Source: Dimorphilus gyrociliatus
Lineage: Eukaryota; Animalia; Annelida
Direction of reading: 5' to 3'
Length of the DNA: 64,000 nt
Assembly: GCA_904063045.1 (NCBI GenBank)
Contig: CAJFCJ010000007.1
Span: 2,735,404-2,799,403, forward strand
Below are positions 36,396-49,071 of the stretch, one piece after another (within the stretch, counting starts at the first letter, position 1; each line of letters starts with the position of its first letter). The notes under the pieces were generated by a model that ran no database searches, was not told where the DNA came from, and saw only the letters and a program-made list of their open reading frames with translations. The position numbers were made by a program, and so were the translations under genes.

Positions 36396-38073
36396 TTAAA
36401 GAACCATTAAATCATCGCAAGTTCGGCTGACACAATGTGTTCTTCCGAGGATTTTCTTGAGAAAAGCTTTCGTACTGGATTTATCGGTTATTTTCCGGGG
36501 TGCTCGTTGTGGATTAAATCTTATTTGTCGTGCTATTCCAACTAATAGCTCATCTACCCTATGGTTCAGGGCAGCAGACACTTCAATGTACTTGGCGTGC
36601 AATTCGGAGCACAGCTGACGAGCATCTGTCGACGAGAACATAATTATATTCTAGTATAATCGGTTCAATCGGTTTGCTGTTTTTATGTGTGGGTGACGTC
36701 AGATCTTTTTTAGTATCATTACTTTTTGATTGTAAAGAACAAAAAACTAACCATCTTCCTTAACCTGTCGCTTTCGCACTAAATCACTTTTATTGCCAAC
36801 GACGATAGCGGCGTGAGGTTTGCTGACGTAGCGTTGAACGTCGTGTAGCCTTTCCTCGACGAATTCGATAGTCTTCTTATCGGTAATTGAGTAGATGAAG
36901 ATAAATGCGTCTATATCTGTCGTTTTATAATTCTGTCGAGCATTTTTTACTCTTACTATACTTTGTACAAAGTTTCAAGTGTAAAGTAGAAAGGATTTTT
37001 TTTTGTCTTGTCTAAAAAATTACAAGAACAAGAAATAGTCTATACGTACTTGCACGCTCGCAGCTTGAGGTTCGATTTCATTAAACGTCATGGTTGTATC
37101 TTCGCCGTCTAATAGCACGGAAACTGTTCTTTCGCTCTCATCGTCTGCATTTGTAGGCCGAGAAGTTAATTAACCTCCCATGAAATACGACACAATAGCT
37201 CGGTACATGATTAAAGCTACAAAGTCACTAATGGGTAGGCGGCTAATTTTAAGAAAAAGAAGGAAAAGAAAATCATTTAAATATCTACTCACCAAAACTA
37301 ATCTCGACTCCTCCCATATATTCACTAGTCATAAATTGTTGTAAAAGTGACGTTTTACCAACGCCTGACGCTCCTATAACGGCAACTTTAAAGATTGCTG
37401 CCGTATTTTTGCTGTCACTAGAATTCGTCGAGTTGGCAGGTTTATTGAGCAAAGGTGTTTCGTCGGCACAGCTAGGCGCAGCCCCGCTGCTGTTGCAGCT
37501 GCTAGCTATACTAGCGTCACTGCGTCGTTTAAAACTATCGCCACGGTTCACTAATCCTTTAGAAGAGATTTCGAACGTCCTAACGACGCATAAATCCTCT
37601 TGTTGGGCAATCCTTAACTTTTCTAACGTGGCCATTACCGTATCGTCATCATTTGGCGTTGATCCAGAGCGATCCCTGCCGTTAAAGTAATCAAGATCGT
37701 CAGTAATATCTCTCGAAGATCTAGGCCGACGCATTTTCTTCCAGGAAGACGATCGCGAATGGGGGGCCGAATGGCACTTTGTACCCAAACGTGGAGATGG
37801 AGCACGAAGTGTCGGCTCATTTATGTAGGCTGGACTAACACCGTCCGGACATCCATCAGTGATACTACGCCTGGGCGAAGTACTATGATCCCTAGGAGAA
37901 TTTGAGCCTCGCCTTCTAGGATATTTACAGCTACCTACTCGTCTATTCAATGACGATTTTGATTCTGGTGTAGGTGATGCCGCCGGAAGGGAACATCGCC
38001 TATTCTGTAATTTCTCCAATTGTTCGCCCTCTAATTGAGCTCGAGTAAAATAAGCGTCGAATTCGTCCACCAT
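36396..38073 (-). CDS. RGK-family small GTPase, paralogue 2, 428 aa
   Basis: Exons 38073-37293, 37144-37050, 36932-36752, 36625-36396 (1287 nt). GASGVGKT, VLLDGED, GNKSDL, IEVSA and C-terminal TCDDLMVL (Cys at -7). Candidate 5'UTR intron 38653-38129. Confidence 0.92.
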
Positions 38074-38949
38074 TTCTCTTTTTGCATACTGCCAACGCCG
38101 AATGAGCGCTTGTACGTATAGGATGTGTCTGCAAAATAATTCAATTTTATGAAAACAGCTGTTGCTGTTAGCAAGCGATTTAAAATAGGCCTAAAAAATA
38201 GGAAGACGTTTTACTGGCCAACTTGATAAAGTCAATAAGTTTGGTGGCAAAAAAAAAATTTTTTTTTTAAATGAATAATCGACTTTGTTGCAAACTCGAC
38301 GCCCATTGCGGAATGATGGATGTTATAAATACGAAAGTTTATATATATAATTGAGTGTTGGCAGCCTATAAACCAGAGGGTTAATTATATTATGGATTAA
38401 GAGTAATTTGTAAATTTTTTTAAAAGAAGTAAATAAAAGGAAAGTCTCAAATGAAAATTTAATGACTCAATCGATTCATTATGTACAAGTATAAGCTTTG
38501 GAAAAATGGAAAAAAAACGAGAAAAACGGTAGGGGTATGTTTAGGCTGTATTGATTTTTGGCGAGTTTTTCACGTTTTGTCAATATAAATTATTCGTGCC
38601 GGTGGTTTTGTGGAAAATTAAAGATAAACAAGTAAAAAGAAAAGAAAACTTACTCTCCGCAAGACTTATCGTCCGAGACTGCAATGCGATTCTTACGCAG
38701 CAAAATTGTGGATTGTTATCTTTTTACTCTCCCGCTCGCTTGTTTCGTTCGTTCGCTCTCTCTCTCTCGCTCTCTCTCTCTCTTTCTTTCTTTACTCACT
38801 TAGTCGTTTCTTTTATTTCTCTCTTGCTGCCAATCTTCACCTTTCTGCTTCTCGTTCTGCGACTGACTACTTCGTAGGGAAACCACTCTAACCTTTCTTA
38901 TTCTCGTTGAACTACTACACAAGCCGGTCGATTTATAAAGCGAAAATCA

Positions 38950-39095
38950 GCGCGTGAATCATGCAACACTTTCCAGTCAGCAGTGTACATGCGTGCAGTT
39001 GCAGTACGTCTGTAAACATTATCCGAACAGCCGATTGGCTGAAAATTAATCACGTGGCCATATAGCGGCACATCGCGAACGGCCGAACTGCAACG
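38950..39095 (-). promoter_or_regulatory. Putative proximal promoter of RGK2
   Basis: CpG-rich patch with CAGCCAATC (minus strand), CACGTG and GTAAACA, upstream of a candidate non-coding exon ending at 38654 (GA|GTAAGT). Confidence 0.4.
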
Positions 39096-40822
39096 GTATA
39101 CGATTTTTTTTCTACGCTGTAGAATAATCTACATCCTATACAAGTCCAAAAAAACACAAATTAAACACGTAGAGAGCTGAAACGAGCGTCTATAGGCCGA
39201 ATTAAAATAAAAGGGCGTCGAAGGTATTAAGGTATTACAGAGAACAGGATATAAGGTCTGATTTTTTTCCTGACCCATAGAATTCATAGGACTATTATCG
39301 TATAACTAAGAGCTATACATATACATTATATACATATATATATATATATATATTTAAGTATAAGTATCTAATATTAAAAAAAGACCTATTTTTAGATAAA
39401 TAATACAATTTATATATAAACATATAATAATACATAAATAGGAAAGAAGAAGCTCACATATTAGTATTCAGTAGATATATTTATATATATTCTTAATATC
39501 CTCCCTCTCCCCTCCACAGAAAAGGAATAAATATCTATTATTACAGTAAAAGTTATTTACGAACCAAACTACGAAGAAAAAAAACACTTCAAACTATAGA
39601 AAAGATTAGTTAATTACCTTTTAAAAAAAACTTTAACAACTCCGTTAAACTTTTATTTAAAAGTCAACAGTTATTTATATTTTCATACAGTTCTTTTTGT
39701 TTTGTTCCTCTTCCTCTTCCTCTTCTTTTAAGAATATAGACCTAGATACGTAATGTACAGCCCACTGAGGTTTATACAAGTGACAGGATAATAAGGGAAA
39801 CGCCAGACAAACTACCTTCATATGGAAAAGGCTGTGAATGGCTTTTTAAAAGTCTGGCTCGTGTCGTTTTTAATGTACGTGACATTTAATGGTAAAACGC
39901 TTCTAATAGTCAAATAAAAGTATATACATTTCGAATCGTGTCGAATGAAAATCGAACAACCAGTCAATACAAAACCATCGACAACTTTCGAACAGTGTGG
40001 ATTAGATGGTCGATTACGTAATAAGATTCTCCGATTTAATACTATTCCTGCCTTTCATCTTAGTTTTATAGGAAATGAAGGAAACCAATTAACAAGGTTT
40101 CACCGCCCTAAAAGCGGCAGTGATATGTTTGTACGTCAATATGCATTCTAATTGCCTCTGGCCCAGCGAATATGCATATTCATGTAAATATTCAAATTAT
40201 AATAAATCATATGCGGATAATTACTTTAACGAACATTACATACTGATGTACTAATGTAAGCATACGTAGTTTCTTTTATTATGTAAAGTTATTTATGGCT
40301 GCGTTAATATATTGAATTTATTCATCTATACATTCTAATGTAGCTATAGTTAAATATATATAAAGACTGAGAGGAAGAGACAGAGAGGGGGGCTGAGAAG
40401 AGATGGATGGACGGATGGAGAGAGAGATAGATAATACTATGTACAATATAGTATATATTGATATATATGATTATTTATATGGATATACAGATACGTACAC
40501 CTGTCTACGCTCACAGCAGCCTATGTGTAGTGTACATCTGTGAGATATCAGTACACATAAAATGTACTAACGCTTAAATACAAATAAAGAAGCCATTTTG
40601 TAAATTAATTCTTAAGCGCAACATCTGTAAATTGTAGATGACTCGCAGCTTTCTGCATCATATTAAGCATAATATGGAAGTTATTAGACGACACAACGTT
40701 CTCTTACAAGCGATATAATTCAATGTTAAAAATATCGAATAAAACGTTAATCGATAGCAGGAACAGAGACTAGGTGAGGAAGCAGACGATAATTGCTTCG
40801 GGCCTTTGTCCATACAACTACA

Positions 40823-40836
40823 GTTGCTATAGAAAC
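40823..40836. promoter_or_regulatory. Perfect RFX X-box with no adjacent coding gene
   Basis: GTTGCTATAGAAAC matches GTHNYY-AT-RRNAAC exactly. Confidence 0.6.
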
Positions 40837-42266
40837 GGTACACCTTCCCCCCTTTCTAAACACTTGCCGCCTCTTACGAAAACTTTTCTTTCTCAGCCGT
40901 AAAATCTTTCCCTTTAACCGCCCCCCGCCGAAACCTACAACTGCTCAGCTGGACCGAAAAATTAGCTGACGAACTCCTTACGATACTTCTCCAAGGAGTT
41001 TTTTCCCTATACCCTCATTGACAAACTCATCATCTTATATTACAAACTATTTCTACTTATTTCACTCCTCTAAACTCCCATCAAATAAGCGTTTCCTCTC
41101 CCATCTCTGAACAGCGGAAGCCAATCCGACAACCAACCTTGATTGTTCGACGGCCTGGGAGCCATTAAAGAGCCTTTTACCCCTTATCCCCGACCGCTGG
41201 GTGATCTAGCACCAATGGCTAAATGGATGTGCTTATAAAATTCTTTACAATATCTTTATTATCATTATTGTTATTGTTATTGTTATCATTAATTATTCAC
41301 GGTCCATAATTTAAGCCTATATTCCACATTTTTTATGTTTTTTTTAAGTGCATAGACTATTATTTATGTCGGTTTTTTGGTCTTGGTTAAACCAAAAATT
41401 TTTCGTTTTTATCAAAATAAACCTTCTGGTCTGGAATGGGAGGAGATGAGCGGAAAGAGAGAGAGAGAGAGAGAGAGAAGAGCGTGAAAAATTTGTTTAG
41501 AAACACCAATAAAATATAGTACAGTGTATGTTGTATCTGAACGATATACGCTTAATCAATTCCCTCTGGGCTTGTTTCGTGTCGGAGAGAATATTTTTAT
41601 GGATCATTAAACGTTTAAAGAGCGTCTAAAATTTAAAAACTGAAACGGAATAAATAAACAATCATTTGGATGTAGGTTAAACGGTATAAGCTGCAGGGCG
41701 TTGACTATGAATTAGAGGAAAAGGAAAAAAGGATAACGAGAGGAAATAATACAGAATTAAAAGAAAAAGAAGTTTGCCAAGCGTCTATTGTGACGTATGG
41801 TCAAATTAGACGGTGTCTGCTTTAGAAATATTACCGATAAATTGATCAAAGACAAACACTTATACTCCACCCACCACCTATCAACTACACCGTTTAAATA
41901 CCGTACGCTTAAATCGTTCTGTATGTTTTTTATTAAAGCGTCTAGAAGGACAAATGACGCCTATTTTCCTTCCATCTTAACGCTTAAACGGTAGCACAAT
42001 AAAAATCGTTTAAGTATTAAGATTGTTTATAAATAATTGATTATTATATTATATTTTTTTATTCGTCGAGCAATTTTCCATCAATACGAAATTACATCCC
42101 TTCGTTTTCCCTGTGCACATAGAAAGGGTTGCTTAAAAAAAAAATTAATAGGCCTATCTGTAATTATGGACGGATAACATTAGTATATATAGATATATAT
42201 ATATACCTTTATATATTAAATGTATAGTTTGTATAAGTTACACAAATAGAAATGTATTAGTTAGTG

Positions 42267-45200
42267 TCAGTTGGCGCCTAGTCTCGGAACCAATTTGGCT
42301 CCCTTTACTGGTGATGAAGGGGCAGTTGTCGTTAATTTCATATTTCTCCTTACTAAATTTACAGGATAGCTTCTTTTTCTTGGGTCTAAATGAGGTCCTG
42401 CAATTGGCCTTGTAGCTTGTCCAGTTGGTGGTTCATAAGATGGTAATTTACCAACTACATAGTAGGACCATTGAATTTTAGACGTTTGTACGATTAATTT
42501 ACCACCATAATTTTTTCCGTAGATTGTTGGTTGAAAGCAGATGTGTAATGGTAAACCGTCAGAATCGCTGGGTGGTAATTCCCCGGAAGTTGGATAAACC
42601 GAAAAAGCCGGATCACTATCCTCTGTAAAAAACGCATGAAAAGCAGCTGATTGAACCTCTTGGCTAGTCAATTTAATAATAACGCCCGATTTTGTTCCCA
42701 AACCGGCCGTTTCCATCTCGATAATGTCGTCTGGTTCCGGCTCAGAGGCCAAAATCTTTAGAGCAAACTTCCATATACCTCCAGTTGCCGCTTGTATAAT
42801 CAAAGTTATTTCGTGGTTCATAGGCTTATTTGGGGAAAATAACACGTTAAAACAAAGTACAACCAAACCAGTCGACTGGTCTCTCTCTTTCCTCACTAAT
42901 CTTAAACGAACTGATTGTTCACAATCCTGTTTAGCATCCGCGTTTGGATAGTCTAGTGTGTGGTCAAACTCCTCGGCAACAGCAAGAGATTTTGTTAAAA
43001 CAACTCCGGTTAAGGAAGACGAAGAGGCGGAAGCTGATTTAATGGGAGTTATTGATCTAACTTGTGCAATTGGACCTTCGGCTCCCGGAACTACTCCGGC
43101 TAATTTTAATTCTAAGCGCTCTTCGCAAGCACATCGAGACTGACATTGGATCAATGCCGGAGGGGCATTTGGTTGTGATCTGGCCTCCGGGAAACCGTGG
43201 ACCGGATATGTCCATTGTAATTCTCTTAAGCTTCCGCTTTCTGATCTCTTTAAATGAGCAGCATAACCTGCATTTTTGTCTGTTACTTCCATAGGTTTAA
43301 ATTTCCATGATTCTCCACTTTCCTTTCTTACACTGATAGTAACCATAGCCTGGCTAGAAATCATAATGTCTGGTGTGTAAATAACTGGAATATCCAGGGT
43401 TGCCCTGGGTGCTAGGCGAATTCCGGAATTTTCCTTTAATAATACTGTAAACGGAGAAGGTGGGCCAGGTGCTAGGCCTTCATCATCTTGCACTCCTTGT
43501 ACTGATGCTTCATCCTTATCTGGAAAAGAAATATGCAAATGCATGTATATAAATATTTATATATTTATATATTAAATAAACATACAATGATAAAAAAGAA
43601 CAAAAAGAAAAAAAGAAGATTCTGCTTACCTCGAATGATTACGTCGATAATCACGGCAACATCTAAAGAATTACGGAACGGTATAATAACACTCTGATTA
43701 TGACCTAGTTGGGATGTAACACAAATTGGATCTTTTGGCTTAGGTAGAAGGCCTATTCCAGAAACTAGGAAAACCCATTCCCCCAACTGTTAGGAAAAAA
43801 GAGAAAAATAAAATATTAAGCCTATTCATCATCAAAGCTGAAAAGCTCGATTGTAATATTTAAGAACAAGTTTTAGTGCTTGGATATCTGCCTCATGCAA
43901 TCTATCAATATACTGTATATACTCTATATATATATATATATATATATACTAATATATCAATACAAACGTTTCTATTTATGTATTTTTAGATGTATTTACA
44001 AATAAAATACGGGTTCTTTTTAATAATAAAAAAAGGGAATTGAAAGGTGGTACAGTGGAGGTTGGAAAAGAAAAAGAAAACTGATTGATCATAAAAGACG
44101 ACTATATAGATTTTTTACTTACGTTTTCGCTCTTTATCATTCTGCTATTGTCGGTCTAAGTAATAGCAAAGAAAGAAAAGAAGATATACGGTATACAGTC
44201 TTAGAAGAGAGAAAAAGAGTGAAAGAAAAGAATTAGGGAATAATAAGATTTTTTTAAAGACGCCAGACCGGAAGTAAAATGGTAGAACGAAAAAAAATAT
44301 ATTTACTAACCTGGGGACATCTAAATGATATTTTACAACAATGCTGCTCTGATCCAAGGGATGATGGCATAAATATAACGGGTATTTCCGTATTGCTTCT
44401 AGGCCCAATGATTAGTGGAACTTTAGATATATCTAATACATAATTGTTTGGATTGGAAATGTGTGGTTCCAATACAAGAGTTTCAGAAGTAGGATTGTCT
44501 AACGTTATTGACGTTTTGGTCCACGCTCCTAATTCGCATTCTAAGATGTCCAATTGTTGTGGTTCTAATGGCTCCGATTCTAATTCTAGACAATACCAGA
44601 ATTCCCCAACGCTCTGATGATAGAAAACTAATTCACCTTCAAATTTCCCGACACTCGCGGGAAAGTAAAGGAGTTCGTAAGTAGCTTTAGAGGCTGGTGG
44701 TAATAGAATATATTTAGGTCCAGAAAGGCCCGATCCTTGGACTGTGGCTTCGAGTTTGATTGGGATTTCTAGTGGATTAGTTACAAGCACCTCAACAACG
44801 GCTTTCTTTTGGCAAACACATTTTATCGACAATTTGTCCTCGAATGGAGGAGGTAAAACGTCCAATTGCAGTACAAACCACACTCTGTAGCACTTTTGAT
44901 CTGCCGCTTTAATTTCTTTTTCCTCTTCATCGTCACTATCGACGTCCTTAATAGGACTTGATGTGGCAATGAAGGATAGTACACCTTTGTAATTGCCTCT
45001 CTTTAAAGGCATCGCATTCATCTCGTATCTTTCAGTTTGTCCAGGAAGAACGACCAAACAGGACGAACCGCTAACGCCTTCTACATCACATTGTACCGAA
45101 AAGTCTAGCTTTCTTTTGGTCTTATTGGGCACGTCCACATAGTAAGTAAGACGTTGCTTTGCTTCAGCTGTTAATTTGATCACGTCCAGAGGTAAAGATT

Positions 45201-48200
45201 TCTGGCCCTTCCCAATTAACGAGAACTTTTGTTCGACATGTTCAGTTTCTAATATCAAACGGCCTTCAACCTGGCCTTCAAATTGAGGACGGAAGGTTAA
45301 TGGGTAATTTACAGTCGATCCAACGGGAACTAAGAGTTGAGGAGGACCAGACCAGCCATCACCTTCTATGGTTGCGTTCATTCGCCAATCTGATGAGGTC
45401 ATATTGGAGACGGGTATTTTCTGAATAATAGCCTCATTTACTGGGCCGTCAAATTCAATTGAAGTCTCCGAGTCACTAACTACTGCTGTGCACTCAACTT
45501 TGACTACCCTTATATCATCTTCGCCTCTCCTTAACTTAATATTCGCTGAATAATGACCGGCCTCTTCAGTAAAGAACTTTACTGGAACAGAAAACTGTCC
45601 ATGGGCGTTTAAATTTACGTACGCTGCTTCTTTATCTTTTCGAGCTGGCATATGTTGATCCCCTTGTAATACAATTACCTTAGAAGGAACAGTAAATTCG
45701 GAAGATTCGCATTCGCATTTAAATATTATTTTTTCGCGTTTCGTTGAATGTTCAGCAGCGTCTCCTTTCTTTAAATCTCCATCAATAGCAGAGCTTGTTA
45801 ATGTTCCAGCTGCTCTTCTCCTTATCAATTCTTTATCACTCATGTTTTGCTGCTTACGGATCTGAAGGGCTCTTTCTCTTGCAGAATTGGATAAGGATAA
45901 CAAGACCTTCTGTTTAAGTTGATTACCAACGACGCATTGCCAAAAAACAGTATTCTCTAAGTCTTTATTCCCTTCCCAAGTTACAGAATTTTCATTATTT
46001 CTTAATTCAATAGATGCTCTATCTTTTTCTGAATCATCCGATATAATCTCTGATGGCTTTGGGTAGTCGGCAATTGCAGAAACTTCAAATACGGCGTCAC
46101 CTACTTGCTTATCAGATATAACAAGCGAACAGCAATATTTACCAGGTTGTATAGGTAGGAACTTAACTATAATACTCTCTTCTGACATTGGATCTAATTC
46201 AACTGTCGTTATGTCGCAATGGAATGCTTTCTTATCTATCATTCTAACTCCCTCGACAAATGGTGCACTCATTGTTTTAGGCGATATTCCATCATCTAGT
46301 AGTGCATCTATCATCTCCTTTACTTTTCGACCAGCAACCTCTTCCTTGTTTCCCGATAAGTAGCAATTTTGAACGAGAACAACGTTAAATGTTCCCTTTC
46401 TATCGAATATATTCTTAACGACAACAGGAATCCTTGCCATAACATAACAAGGCGTAGTCGCCTTGATGACATTCAACGGAGGTGCACATTCTATATCGGA
46501 TTTTAGTTCGAAAACAAGCGTTGAGCCAAATAAAGGTGCTGCTCGCTTTGGGGCAAGAATGAGAACAGCTGAACCAGATCGTATGTGGCTTGCTGTCAGT
46601 TGTATATTTATGCCTGTACTAGATTTCGAAGAAACCGATATATGGTGACCTTTCACTAAAGAGAAATCTCTAGCGTTCGAACCAGCAAGAATAGCATTAT
46701 AGACTAATTGTTTGTTGGATGGATTCGATATTTTGATTTGTTTTAGTATAGGCTTACCAAGGGTGGCGGATAGGGTTATGGTACTTCTTGCCATATATGT
46801 TGGTAGTGTTGTATAAAGCTGAATGACAAGTAAAAGCATCATTACGGGATTTGGATCTGTTATGTCAATAGCGTGAATATCATAATCTATTCCTATGGAA
46901 CGGATTGCGTGGACTAATCTTAAGGCATTGTGCAAGCATTGTTCTGCTGTTCCGGGTCTGGTATACATTTCCTTCATGTATAGATCTATAGTCCATGGTG
47001 CATAAGTAGCAATAACAGCTCCTAAAACAAGGCCATCTAATAGATCAAGATCAAAATTTACAATCCAACGAGCCGGTGGGACTCCTCCTTTAGGTGCATT
47101 CGACCATATCCTCTCCCTTTGCTGTTCATAATGATGATTTAGCCAAAGCAATAGAGTCCTTTCAGAAAGATTATATATATTTGAACAATTGGGATTGGCA
47201 TCTAAATTAGGTAATTGATCAATATTTGAGTGTTGGACTTGCTTTTTCAGGCTTTTAGGCGTTACTTTTGCCAGAACAAGACACTTTAATAACTGTAATA
47301 AAAGGTCTACCCACGCCCTTTTACTGACTGCTTCAAATATTTGTTCTTCCATAGCGTCTTCTTCAAGAGTACGCGAATTTTTACCGGGAGGTTTAAGTGG
47401 CCACTCTCCCTCCGATTTGCGAACAATTGCCTCAACCCTTTGCTGTAAAGCTTCCCAAACTCGATAGTCTCTTGGTGACATTAAATACTCTGGTTTGATA
47501 GCGGCTACTTTGGCACCTTGTTCCTTCGCAAAAGTGAGTAAGCTGGAATGTTGCCAATGGACTTGCTTAGCTCTTTCTACCGGATCCTCAGGAAGTGAAC
47601 TATTAGTTGCTATTCCAGGCAGTTGCCTACCAGCAAGGTAAGAAATCATATCGTAGATTGTTGCCATTTCCTTTTTATTAGTAGATCCATGCTGTTTTGC
47701 GGCGTTCTTTCCGCACGTTTCAACTTTTCCAGCCATGTGCATGGGTAATGGATCTCTTGGGCGTCTAGACAGGGAATCTCTCAAAGTGTATGGTACACTT
47801 ATAGGATAAGGTCCATTAGGCCAGCCTTGTGTAGAGAACCAACGCTGAACTGCTGTTAATACTTCAATATGAAAGTAACCCTCCTCTGTATTTTCATCTG
47901 GAAAAACTGCCGAACCCAAAGAACGAGATTGTTGAGCCGCTCTCTTTTCTGCCTCGCTTACGCAGCTAACGTCGGCTGGAGGCCTTGATGCCGCTTTGTT
48001 CAAGGCTCCCTCTCGTACAGAGGAAATTGATGATTCTGTTGGAGAACTATTTGTTTCGCTGTCCTCGTAGGAACTATTGCTAACTTCAAAATTTGAATTA
48101 GACGTCGCAGTTGTACTAGGCCTTGAACCACTTCTTCCTTCCTCTCCAACAGCTACTAATACAGCCTCACCAAGGCTTGAGGAAGTGGCCGAGGACACTA

Positions 48201-49028
48201 TAGTTTGTTGACCCCTAAGACGGTGGCCTTTCATGCAAACAATTTGATGGTCGAGTCTATGTTGAGCTAGATAAGGATAGTTACTCAATAGACAGTTATC
48301 AGCTGTAGCAGTGACAGGTAATTCAAATTTGTTGCCATGACCATCAATAAAGATAATAGGAGAACAAAATGAAACTGGCTTCGAACATTGAAACGTTAAT
48401 TTACACGGCAAGGAGACGCTGTCGGGCTGACCATCTTCCCCACTGCAGGCTTCAATTCTATTTCCTTCTAATATTTCAATCTTAAGAGGCTTCGCTTCTG
48501 AGCCGTCATCACAATAAACGATGGGTAATTGAACCCGAGCATCGTTGGCAACTTTATAGTGGGCGGCGATTACCGTAAATTCAGAGGTAACACTCATGTC
48601 CAAAGGTAAAGGGGTTAGAACAATAGAAGGAGGGTCAAACCACATCCTGGGAGCTTTTAACTCTCCAACTAATTGAATCCATTGATAAGGTTTCTCATGA
48701 TCATCGTTCAATAATAGAGGCACCATCACTTCAAAGTGCCCAGGCTTATCCGGACAAAAAACGACACCCAATGCATGACTTTCGCCCGGATTAAGATAAC
48801 CTTCAACACCTCCTTCTCCAGTTTGACTCATGTAAGGCATGCCTGATTCGTGAATAAATTTGAAAATCCCTCTTTCCAAAGTCTTATTACCCTTTGATGT
48901 ATCAACACACCATTTTAGCTTTTTATCCGTCTCATTCTTAAACATTGTACCCTAAGAGATATGGGAAAAATAAATCTATTAAAATCATACTTATAAAGAA
49001 GATGGCAATCATGATGCAAAAGAAAAAA

Positions 49029-49071
<43 letters not shown>

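Noticed and set aside
39945-40151. 68-aa ORF in the gene-free region (also 40658-40843 and 41797-41994)
   Set aside because: No recognisable motif, splice support or coding-like composition.
41207-41227. TAGCACCAATGGC with a miR-29-family seed
   Set aside because: Only 7 bp pair with an upstream AGCCATT, so no pre-miRNA hairpin forms.
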